From the NCBI GenBank assembly GCA_036338595.1, contig JAYZBV010000041.1:1-38261 (forward strand): a DNA stretch of 38,261 nt. Direction: 5' to 3'. The DNA is from Planctomycetota bacterium (lineage in GTDB: Bacteria; Planctomycetota; UBA8108; UBA1146). Under the pieces are notes generated by a model. The model worked only from the letters and a program-made list of their open reading frames with translations, did not search any database and was not told the DNA's origin. The position numbers and the translations under genes are program-made. Position 1 is the first letter of the stretch. Each line of letters starts with the position of its first letter. Of the stretch, positions 1 to 8,285 are shown piece by piece.

Positions 1-714
1 GGCCGTCAGACCCATGCAGCAAAGCATCAGGATGAACAGCGGCGAAGTGACGGAAGCCGTCACCTCTTCATCCGAAACATTGGACTGGACTCTCTCCGTT
101 TGCGGGATTTCCTGTCCCAGGAACATGAATCCGTAGATCAATGTCGGAATCAGCACGAGACCCAGCTTGGCCTGCATCACGGAGAGACCAAAGAGGCTCC
201 ACTCGGCGCCGGTTGCTGCAACGCCCGCAGCAGCATTGCTGACCCAGAAGCCAAACAGAGCGCCGATGATGATTCCCACCGGCCAGAAAACATGGAACTG
301 ATTCAACTTGGTCGTTTTGTTATCGGAGTAGATGGTCGCCACCAGTGGATTGCAGCCCGCCTCGACGCAACCGTTGCCCAGTGCGATGATGGAAGCCCCC
401 GCCATCAACCCGGTAAAACCATCGGCGTACATCATCAAGATGATTCCCAAAATGTGGCAAACGAACGCCATCTTGAGCGAGACCGCGATACCGATCTTCT
501 CGATAAACGGTCCCATCATGATGATGGCGACGGCGAACCCGCCAAGAGACGCGCCGCCGACCCAGCCAGCGTCTGTCGGGGAGAGATTGAATATCGTCAG
601 GAAATCTCCCATCGACGATGTGATCACCCCGAAGGCGACCGAGGTTGCAATCAGCGCCATGCAACTGGCCCAGAAGAGCCGTGCCTTGCGCGCTTCATCG
701 AGTACTTGAGACAT
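1..714 (-). CDS. MFS transporter (probable sugar permease), 3' part runs off the window
   Basis: Not in the ORF track because it is open at the edge. Manual translation from ATG at 714: MSQVLDEARKARLFWASCMALIATSVAFGVITSS...GPFIEKIG...GLGN-like ALGNGCVEAGCNPLVATIY...KLNQFHVFWPVGIIIG; many TM helices; GGAAAAGGGG SD-like sequence upstream. Confidence 0.88.
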   Translation of the reverse strand, partial: MSQVLDEARKARLFWASCMALIATSVAFGVITSSMGDFLTIFNLSPTDAGWVGGASLGGFAVAIIMMGPFIEKIGIAVSLKMAFVCHILGIILMMYADGFTGLMAGASIIALGNGCVEAGCNPLVATIYSDNKTTKLNQFHVFWPVGIIIGALFGFWVSNAAAGVAATGAEWSLFGLSVMQAKLGLVLIPTLIYGFMFLGQEIPQTERVQSNVSDEEVTASVTSPLFILMLCCMGLTA

Positions 715-846
715 GTATGTCACCCCTTTTCCAAATGCTGTGGTCAGCAGGGAGCCTTTCCTGCCATGGCCCTAGTGGGACAAAGGTTCACCGAGGTGTC
801 AATCAGGGATCTCGAAACAGAGTCGGTTCGATTCTGGAAGAAGGAG

Positions 847-868
847 TTTGTAAACAACTTTGTAAACA
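847..868. promoter_or_regulatory. Direct repeat TTTGTAAACA x2, putative operator upstream of the MFS gene
   Basis: Exact 10-mer at 847-856 and 859-868 (12-bp period) in an AT-rich intergenic patch. Confidence 0.45.
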
Positions 869-983
869 CTACAATCCAGGGCAGGTCGGGAATTATTGCG
901 TACTATTCGCGACGCTTTCCCCACCTACGCTTTGAATCTCTATCTTCCTGCGCACGGCCGTACCCGGCCGTGCGCGCTTTATT

Positions 984-1985
984 TCAGCCAAGAAGTGCCA
1001 GCAAACGCTTCCAACAAGCTGTTTCTACGGATCTGAGATGTCCACCGCTCAATTGCCTGGAACACTCTGCCAGGCGCTTTCGATACTGCGGATCCTCCTT
1101 GTATTTCAGTACTAACCTCGCCAGTTCCGTCGCATCCCTGCGCAGAAAGATCCCCGGATGACGATCTCCCAGCAGGCCCAGATTTCCTGGCGCATCACTG
1201 GCCAGGATCGGAATTCCCGCTACCAGCGCTTCCGAGATGATGTTTGCGCCCCCCTCATCGCGAGATGGATGCACCAGCAGGTGGGAGGTCGCCAGGTATC
1301 CGCGCACCCGGGCTGCGGAGACGGGTCCGAGCCATCTCCACCTCGGTTGATCCCGCATGGCACGAATCGCCCGTTCCTGACACGATCGTTCGTGGATGCC
1401 GCCGAGATGGACCACCTCGGCTCGAGTTCCGTCGGGGAGCGGATCCGGCAACAGTTCCAGCGCCTCGAGTGGCAAGAATGGATCCTTCACCCGCCGCAAG
1501 AATCCGACCACGAGCAGACGCAATCTGGCTGCGACGGGTCTCCGGTCCCTGGATAGCGGTCTTGCAGACTGAGGAATGTAATGCACCCGACCCTTCAACC
1601 GCCTGCGAATTTCTGCTGGCAGTTGATCCTCGACACCTCGATGCAAGGCGACCAGATGGTCTGCAACATTGAAACTCTCGATCACACGCCTGGCTGCTGC
1701 CTTTGCCGCGGGGTAGTCGATGTAGAGATCGGTTCCACTCACTGCGACCACGATCGGCAGTTTCGGATCTCGCTTCTTCCAGCGCAGGATGGCTCGGTGA
1801 GAGTGCCCCGCATGGAGAGCGAGTAACAGATCTCCGCACGGAAGTGGGCCTCGCTGGGGGTCGCGGATCCGGTGGATGACCACCTCGCAACCCAGTTCAC
1901 GCAGGATGGAACTCCAGCGCCGCACGGTGCTGTGATTTCCTGCGAAAAGGCCAGGTAAACTGGGGTCGGTCAGGACGATGCGCAC
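984..1985 (-). CDS. senB: SenB-family (TIGR04348-type) GT-B glycosyltransferase, putative selenosugar synthase
   Basis: Family motifs GNHSTVRRW, LLALHA, VAVSGTDLY, IPQSA, GFLRRVKDP, EGGANIISEA, GNLGLLG; GTG start directly abuts the lpxA stop. Confidence 0.8.
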   Translation of the reverse strand: MRIVLTDPSLPGLFAGNHSTVRRWSSILRELGCEVVIHRIRDPQRGPLPCGDLLLALHAGHSHRAILRWKKRDPKLPIVVAVSGTDLYIDYPAAKAAARRVIESFNVADHLVALHRGVEDQLPAEIRRRLKGRVHYIPQSARPLSRDRRPVAARLRLLVVGFLRRVKDPFLPLEALELLPDPLPDGTRAEVVHLGGIHERSCQERAIRAMRDQPRWRWLGPVSAARVRGYLATSHLLVHPSRDEGGANIISEALVAGIPILASDAPGNLGLLGDRHPGIFLRRDATELARLVLKYKEDPQYRKRLAECSRQLSGGHLRSVETACWKRLLALLG

Positions 1986-2789
1986 CTAGACGCTGGCCGG
2001 GCGATTCTCGACTGCAGATCCAGATCCCGATGCGATGCCGCGGGCACTCTCCTCGATGAATCGAGCGATCTCCCGTACTTCATCCAACTGGCTCTGTTGA
2101 AGCAGTTCCTTCGCCTCGGGAATCGTCCGCCCACTTCGGTAGAGCACCCTGTGGGCATCCTGGATGCCTCGACGCAGTTCTGAGTCGACCCCTGCACGAC
2201 GCAGCCCGACCACATTGACGCCGCGAATCGTCGCGCGATCCCCTGTCGAGAGCATGAAGGGTGGGATGTCCTGAACGGCGACCGCAGCCCCTCCCAGCAT
2301 CACCAGTCTGCCAACTCGACAGAACTGATGCACCAGCGCATTGGCCGACAGGAACGCCCCCGCTCCCACATGTGCGTGGCCCGCCAGCGAACAATGATTG
2401 GCCATCACCACGCCATCCTCGACACAGCAGTCATGGGCCACGTGGGCACCGACCATCAGCAGACAATCGTCACCAACACGGGTCACACTGCCAGGACGAG
2501 AGGCCCGGTGTACCGAGACATATTCTCGCAGGATGGTGCGCTCACCGATCACCACCTTGCTCGGCTCACCTGCCCAGGCGAGGTCCTGGGGATCGTGGCC
2601 CACCACCGCATGCATGTGGACCTCTGAACCGGGTCCCAGTTCCGTGCCAGGACCGACGTAAGCATGGCCCAGGATCTTGCAACCTTCCGCGATGACCGCA
2701 GCGGCCTCGATGATGGCATACGGCCCTACCACCACATCCGGCGCCAGTTGGGCATCTCGATGGATGACAGCGGTCTGGTGAATTGGCAT
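1986..2789 (-). CDS. lpxA: Acyl-ACP--UDP-N-acetylglucosamine O-acyltransferase
   Basis: Hexapeptide repeats, IHQTAVI start, PQDL, REYVSVHR, HVAHDC (catalytic His), LAGH, VHQFCRVG, DIPPF, GVNVVGLRR; AGGAGG before ATG 2789. Confidence 0.9.
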   Translation of the reverse strand: MPIHQTAVIHRDAQLAPDVVVGPYAIIEAAAVIAEGCKILGHAYVGPGTELGPGSEVHMHAVVGHDPQDLAWAGEPSKVVIGERTILREYVSVHRASRPGSVTRVGDDCLLMVGAHVAHDCCVEDGVVMANHCSLAGHAHVGAGAFLSANALVHQFCRVGRLVMLGGAAVAVQDIPPFMLSTGDRATIRGVNVVGLRRAGVDSELRRGIQDAHRVLYRSGRTIPEAKELLQQSQLDEVREIARFIEESARGIASGSGSAVENRPASV

Positions 2790-2884
2790 TGGACCTCCTG
2801 CAACTGGCCTCTGCGACCTTGCCGACCAACCCACACCATGACATCGATGGAGCACCGGTGGAAGCAGGGATCAGAGACAGAGGC

Positions 2885-3862
2885 TCAGGGTTTCGACTCG
2901 GTGGCGCCCTTTTTCTCTCTCTCGCTCTTGTGAATTCGCAGGGATTCGGGAACCTCCTGCAGATCCTCCCACATCCACTGCCAGCCGGTTCTGACGCGCT
3001 GGATGTAGTCATCGCTCGAGAGGGGGTCGAGTCCACTGTCACGATCGAGGATCTCTCGGAGTGCGAGGTCCGCGATGTGGTACACCTTCAACTCGTCTGG
3101 CTCCAGATCTGGAAAGCCGGGATATTCCCCTTCCAGTTGCACCGGACGGTCATCCCGTAGCGTCTCGATCAGGTACGGAACCGCCCGCTCCCGATGTGCG
3201 GTGATCTCTTCCATCACCTGATTGTGGAAGCGGCCGTCGAGGGAATCGGTGAGCGCATCGATCAATCCGCGGATTTCTGGCTCGCCAAGGATGGGCCCGC
3301 GAAGCATCGTTTCCGAGATGATGGTGGCAGAGCGTCTGCGAATATCTCGACGGGCCATCTCCAGCTTGGTTCTTCCATTCATCAGTGGCTCTGGAAATGA
3401 GAGGTCCTGAACCCGGTCATCGTCGCGACGGATCAATCGCCCCTCGAACTTGCCGTGGTACTGGTGCTCGAGATGCTGGGATGCCCCCTGGAAATCGAAG
3501 GTGAGATCCTGAAAATAATCACAGGTCAGCGTACCCTCGACCAGATACTGCGCCTCTTCTCGCCCGACCAGTTGAAAGCCATGCAGGCTGAAGCCCCGCT
3601 CGAGTATCAATCGACAGATGTTGATGTCGCTCGGATCTCCGTCAAGGATCTCCGTGACATCGACATGAGCAGTACCGCGCTGAAGTCGCTCCAGGGGATC
3701 CACTGACTTCACCGGTGCCTCGCAGGAGCAGAGCCAGAGCAGGGAAGGGAGCAGGCACACCAGCAACAGGGAGGAGATCGGCTGCCAGCAGGGAAGTCGA
3801 TGCCATCCTGATCCCCGGGTGATGACACGGGTGCACCGAGGTCGCATTCTGGATCTCTTCAT
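2885..3862 (-). CDS. Hypothetical exported/lipoprotein with C-terminal helical (HEAT-like) region
   Basis: 325-aa ORF, GAGGAG SD, hydrophobic segment ending LCSC, AVPYLIETLRD HEAT-like motif. Confidence 0.7.
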   Translation of the reverse strand: MKRSRMRPRCTRVITRGSGWHRLPCWQPISSLLLVCLLPSLLWLCSCEAPVKSVDPLERLQRGTAHVDVTEILDGDPSDINICRLILERGFSLHGFQLVGREEAQYLVEGTLTCDYFQDLTFDFQGASQHLEHQYHGKFEGRLIRRDDDRVQDLSFPEPLMNGRTKLEMARRDIRRRSATIISETMLRGPILGEPEIRGLIDALTDSLDGRFHNQVMEEITAHRERAVPYLIETLRDDRPVQLEGEYPGFPDLEPDELKVYHIADLALREILDRDSGLDPLSSDDYIQRVRTGWQWMWEDLQEVPESLRIHKSEREKKGATESKP

Positions 3863-3994
3863 CGAAGATCTTTCCTCTCCTCTGGAATCTCAGCCAGATG
3901 GGCCCCAGACTGGGCGCGCCGTATCCAGCATGACGCCAGGGCGCGTGACAATCCCTCGCCCCACCGGTGAGCAAGATACACGGTCAGGAGCCGG

Positions 3995-4825
3995 ATGACT
4001 CGCGGAACCCTCCCCTTCATCAAGGCCGTTGGTGCCGGAAACGACTTTGTCGTCCTCGATGAGGCGGACCGTGCCATCGGCCCCGATCTATCCCGGCTAT
4101 CCCCGGCTCTCTGTTGCCGCCGCACCGGCATCGGCGCAGACGGGCTTCTGGTGATCCGTCGTGGTTCCATCCCCCACATGGAGTGCTGGAATGCGGACGG
4201 GTCTCGAGCCGAATCGTGTGGTAACGGACTGCGTATCGTGGCGATGGTTCTGCGAGAGGGTGGCTACGGCGAGGAGACCATCCGCACCGATTCGGGGCTG
4301 GTCCAGGTCCACTTCGACGAGGCGGATCCAGATGGCGCGTTTTCCGTCGAGGTTTCCCTGGGCACACCGAAGGTCGATGCACCACGAAACATCTCGGTCG
4401 GTACCTCAGACCTTCAGGTGACTCCCGTCTCCATCGGCAATCCTCATCTGGTGGTCCCCGTCGATCTCGACTCGACTCCGGAGTCGGTAGCTCGCCTCGG
4501 CCCGATTCTGGAATACTCCGTCCCGGATCGCGTGAACGTTGGCTTCGTCACTGTCGATTCCAGAGTTCTCATCCGCTTACGCGTCTGGGAACGTGGATGC
4601 GGCGAAACGCATGCGTGTGGTACAGGTGCGGCGGCGGCATTTGCTGCCCTGCATCGATCCGATAGAGTCGACGATGCCATCGATGTCGAGATGCCGGGGG
4701 GGACATTGCAGGTTCGCCTCGATGACCTGGGAGAAGTCCATCTCCGGGGACCGGTTCAGATCTGCTATCGCGGCGAGATCAACCTGGAAAACCTTCAGCA
4801 TTCCACCGATTCCTCGATGGTCTAG
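3995..4825 (+). CDS. dapF: Diaminopimelate epimerase
   Basis: GAGNDFVV, RRTGIGADG, NADGS..ESCGNG, GNPHLV, NVGF, RVWERGCGETHACGTG, MPGG. Confidence 0.96.
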   Translation: MTRGTLPFIKAVGAGNDFVVLDEADRAIGPDLSRLSPALCCRRTGIGADGLLVIRRGSIPHMECWNADGSRAESCGNGLRIVAMVLREGGYGEETIRTDSGLVQVHFDEADPDGAFSVEVSLGTPKVDAPRNISVGTSDLQVTPVSIGNPHLVVPVDLDSTPESVARLGPILEYSVPDRVNVGFVTVDSRVLIRLRVWERGCGETHACGTGAAAAFAALHRSDRVDDAIDVEMPGGTLQVRLDDLGEVHLRGPVQICYRGEINLENLQHSTDSSMV

Positions 4826-4851
4826 CGTCGGGCGGTTACGGCAGGGACTCG

Positions 4852-5943
4852 CTATTCGATCTCGACTCCCTCACCAGCGACAACTTCTCCGATGACCGTT
4901 GCCTGCTCACCGGATCCAGCGAGTCGATCGAGAGTCTCGGAGACATCCTCGGCGGCAGTGACGACCACCATTCCGATCCCCTGGTTGAAGACGCGGTCCA
5001 TCTCCTGGCGGGCAACTCCTCCTCGCTCTTCGATCAGCGAGAAGATGGCGGGTCGACTCCAGGACGATCGGTCGAGTCTGCACCCGATTCCCTCCGGAAG
5101 CACCCTCGGGATGTTTTCCACCAGTCCACCGCCTGTGATGTGGGCGATGGCATGGACACCGGCTCCCACCCCGTCGATCAGATCGAGCAGCGGACGGACA
5201 TAGATCCGGGTCGGCTCCAGCAGCGCCTCTGCCAGCGTGCACCCGAGGCCAGATGGATCTTCATCGAGCGGGAGTCTGCTACTGCCTTCGAGCAGCGCCT
5301 TCCTGACCAGAGAAAAACCGTTGGAATGGATTCCACTCGATGCGATTCCGATGACCACATCGCCGACAGCCACCGAGGATCCGTCGATGATGGAATCTCG
5401 CTCCACCACTCCGACCGAGAACCCGGCCAGATCCAGCTCGTCATCAGCATAGAAGCCAGGCATCTCTGCGGTTTCTCCTCCGAGCAGGGCGCAACCTGAA
5501 CGGCGACACCCCTCGGCAATGCCCTCGACAACGGTGGCAATCGCATCCGGTGAGATCTTGCCCGTTGCTACATAGTCGAGGAAGAAAAGCGGGCGAGCGC
5601 CTCCGACCACCAGGTCATTGACGCACATCGCGACAAGATCGATGCCGACGCTATCGAGAACTCCGCACTCGAAAGCGACCTTCAACTTGGTACCCACGCC
5701 ATCGGTGGCACCGACCAGAATCGGGTCGCGAAGTTTGTTTCCAAACAGCGATCCATCGGCATCGAGAAGACGGAAATAGCCACCGAAGGCTCCGTGGGAT
5801 CCCTTCAGAACGCGGTCGTCCTGGGTCGAAACCACAGCATCGCGGATCCGTCCCACCACCTCGTTTCCCGCATCGATATCGACGCCGGCATCGCGGTAGG
5901 TCATGCCTCGAGATACAGGCTCAACCGGCGTCTCATCCGCCAC
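4852..5943 (-). CDS. purM: Phosphoribosylformylglycinamidine cyclo-ligase (AIR synthetase)
   Basis: TYRDAGVDIDAGN, TDGVGTK, GIDLVAMCVND, FFLDY, GGETAEMP, HSNGFSL, HITGGG, FNQGIG; GTG 5943 has GAGGAGG SD (alternative ATG 5904). Confidence 0.97.
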   Translation of the reverse strand: MADETPVEPVSRGMTYRDAGVDIDAGNEVVGRIRDAVVSTQDDRVLKGSHGAFGGYFRLLDADGSLFGNKLRDPILVGATDGVGTKLKVAFECGVLDSVGIDLVAMCVNDLVVGGARPLFFLDYVATGKISPDAIATVVEGIAEGCRRSGCALLGGETAEMPGFYADDELDLAGFSVGVVERDSIIDGSSVAVGDVVIGIASSGIHSNGFSLVRKALLEGSSRLPLDEDPSGLGCTLAEALLEPTRIYVRPLLDLIDGVGAGVHAIAHITGGGLVENIPRVLPEGIGCRLDRSSWSRPAIFSLIEERGGVARQEMDRVFNQGIGMVVVTAAEDVSETLDRLAGSGEQATVIGEVVAGEGVEIE

Positions 5944-6448
5944 GGGCCGCCTCCTCACGCTGCAACTCCCAGAGCCACTTCTCGTCCAGATCGTATCGTC
6001 GCAATCGTCGGCGACTTCGATGAGCACGACTGGATTCTCCCAGTTGTCTGGCCACCTGCCAGTCCAGGAACAGCAGATCAATATCACGATCGTCCTGGGC
6101 GAGCCCGCTATCGAGTGCCACCTGCGCTCGATTCATTCGACCTCGAAGATAACATCGCTGCGCATCGTCGAGTGCTCTTTCGACGCGCAATCGAATCTCT
6201 CGACGCCGATCGAGTGAGGTGAGCCGATCGGTCCAGCGGAAACTGATCAGGGTCATCAGCGCTCCCACTGCAGCACCGCCCCATTGAGCCTGCCACCGGT
6301 CAGGACCTGCCCAGACGGTAGAAGCGGCGCCACAGAGCGCCCAGCCGGCTCCACCGATCAGCAGCAGTAACAGGCCACGATAGACCCGTCCCAGCAGGAT
6401 GGGACCGAGCCCGGGTATCAGCGAAGAGATCATCAGGATGGTTCTCAC
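5933..6448 (-). CDS. Hypothetical membrane protein with C-terminal TPR-like helices
   Basis: SLIPGLG motif followed by TM helices, then a helical domain; overlaps the purM start; start codon uncertain (GTG 6448 or ATG 6499). Confidence 0.65.
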   Translation of the reverse strand: MRTILMISSLIPGLGPILLGRVYRGLLLLLIGGAGWALCGAASTVWAGPDRWQAQWGGAAVGALMTLISFRWTDRLTSLDRRREIRLRVERALDDAQRCYLRGRMNRAQVALDSGLAQDDRDIDLLFLDWQVARQLGESSRAHRSRRRLRRYDLDEKWLWELQREEAARGG

Positions 6449-6555
6449 GATGCTGGCCCCCCTTCCGGTTCCCCTGCAGTGTATCTCCCCGAGGGGCATG
6501 GGGGGAGCAGATGGGATCCCTTGTCTGGAAGTGGCCAAGAGCCGATGCTGTGACC

Positions 6556-7650
6556 ATGACCTCCGAGCCACACACACCGCCAGACGGCGACCATTTTCGC
6601 ATCCTCGATGCGGCGTTCAACCGACTCCTGGAGGCACTCCGGGTGATCGAGGACCAGTTGCGCTTTGGTCACTGCCGCGAGCAGATCGCCGCGTGCTGGC
6701 AGCAGTTGCGGCGCGACGCGGGAGCCCTGCGCAGTCGGCTGGAGGCAGATGCGGGTGATTTTTCGAGGTACAGGGATGTCGAGGGAGACCCACTGCGAGG
6801 ACATCCAGGGAGTGGTCCCCACCGGGACCGGGGCCAGTTGCTGTCGGCCAATATCAGCCGCGCCAGAGAATCGTCCCGATCGGTGGAGGAGACGCTTCGC
6901 ACCACCTTCCCCTCCTCGACCAGCGATGCAGAGTCGATTCGCTACCGCATCTACCAGCTCGAATCGATCACCATCGGAACTCTTCAGAGATCACCAGGGC
7001 TCGAGGATCGTCTGCTCTACCTGCTGGTCACCGAGGAACTGTGTCATGGCAACATTCTCGAGACCACTGCCGCCGCCATCGATGGTGGCGCGTCGATCGT
7101 CCAGTTGCGAGAAAAGTCGATGGAGGACGAGAAGTTGCTGGCGCTGGCGAGGCAACTGCGGCAAATCACTGCCGACAGGAACGCGCTGCTGATCCTCAAT
7201 GACCGCGTCGATATCGCTTGCCTGTGCCAGGCCGATGGCGTCCACCTCGGCCAGCATGACCTCGCACCCCACGAGGCGCGCAGGATTCTCGGACCCGATG
7301 CGATCATCGGACTCTCCACTCATGACCCCGAGCAGGCTCGCCTTGCCCAGATGTCTGGTGCCGACTACATCGGAGTGGGTCCCATCTTCTTGACCGATAC
7401 CAAGCGACATCGCGAAGCCGTCGGAACCGAGTACATCCAGCAGTCGAGGGAAGCGTGTGACTTGCCGGGATTTGCCATCGGCCATGTCGATGACGAGACC
7501 ATCGATGAGGTCATCGAAGCAGGAGCGACCAGAATCGCAGTCTGCACCGGTATCATTGCTCGCCCCGACCCCCGGCTGGCTGCTCGCCAACTGCACGACA
7601 AATTGCTCAGATGTCGCATTCGAGAGGTCGCCGATGAATCCAGTGGATGA
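6556..7650 (+). CDS. thiE: Thiamine-phosphate synthase, long form with N-terminal ThiD2-like domain
   Basis: N-terminal RILDAAFNRLLEALRVIED..RF, RD..GD, R..ES.RS.EE; C-terminal VQLREK, NDRVDIA, DGVHLGQ.D, GLSTH, DYIGVGP, FAIG. Confidence 0.93.
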   Translation: MTSEPHTPPDGDHFRILDAAFNRLLEALRVIEDQLRFGHCREQIAACWQQLRRDAGALRSRLEADAGDFSRYRDVEGDPLRGHPGSGPHRDRGQLLSANISRARESSRSVEETLRTTFPSSTSDAESIRYRIYQLESITIGTLQRSPGLEDRLLYLLVTEELCHGNILETTAAAIDGGASIVQLREKSMEDEKLLALARQLRQITADRNALLILNDRVDIACLCQADGVHLGQHDLAPHEARRILGPDAIIGLSTHDPEQARLAQMSGADYIGVGPIFLTDTKRHREAVGTEYIQQSREACDLPGFAIGHVDDETIDEVIEAGATRIAVCTGIIARPDPRLAARQLHDKLLRCRIREVADESSG

Positions 7651-8278
7651 ATCCGACGTTGAGAATGGCGCTGCCGATGACATCCATCGATCTCCTCTGA
7701 AACGCCTCTATCATGCAGTGCTGGCAGAAGCGGAAACGACCCGAGGACCGGCGGTGCTGGCGGCCGTCGCGTTCACGGAATCCAGTTTCTTCCCCATCCC
7801 ACCCGATCCTCTGCTGATCGCACTTGGCATCGGCTCCCCTCGACGAGCGATTCCGCTGGCGATCCTGACGACCGCGATGTCGGTGCTGGGAGGAATTCTG
7901 GGCTACATCATCGGAGCCTGGATGATGGATTCCATCGGCCAGGCGATCATCTCCTTCTTCGGAATCGAGGAATCCTTTGCCCACTACCAGCAAGCCTTTG
8001 TCGGCATCGGATTCGTGGCGGTCTTGACCGCAGCGGTGACTCCGATCCCCTACAAGGTATTCACCATCGCCGCCGGCGCTGCAGGACTGCCGCTGGCCAT
8101 CTTCATTCCGGCCAGCATCATCGGTCGCGGAGCACGGTTCATGGCCGAGGGAGTGCTGGTGCGCTGGTACGGAGACTCGATCCGGGACTTCATCGATCGC
8201 TGGTTCGGGCTTCTCACCGTTGCGGCAGTGATTCTCGGTATTCTCGGATTCATCGTGCTGCGACAACTGGGTCAGTAG
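7634..8278 (+). CDS. YqaA/DedA (VTT domain) membrane protein
   Basis: ESSFFPIPPD, SVLGG..GY.IG, TPIPYKVFTIAAG, GRGARF; overlaps the thiE 3' end. Confidence 0.92.
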   Translation: MNPVDESDVENGAADDIHRSPLKRLYHAVLAEAETTRGPAVLAAVAFTESSFFPIPPDPLLIALGIGSPRRAIPLAILTTAMSVLGGILGYIIGAWMMDSIGQAIISFFGIEESFAHYQQAFVGIGFVAVLTAAVTPIPYKVFTIAAGAAGLPLAIFIPASIIGRGARFMAEGVLVRWYGDSIRDFIDRWFGLLTVAAVILGILGFIVLRQLGQ

Positions 8279-8285
8279 CGGTCGA

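Noticed and set aside
100..1161. 353-aa plus-strand ORF
   Set aside because: Antisense shadow of the MFS gene and the senB 3' end; no protein-like features
7634..8278. DedA/YqaA gene as part of a selenium module with senB
   Set aside because: It is coupled to thiE on the opposite strand more than 5 kb away and belongs to a ubiquitous family
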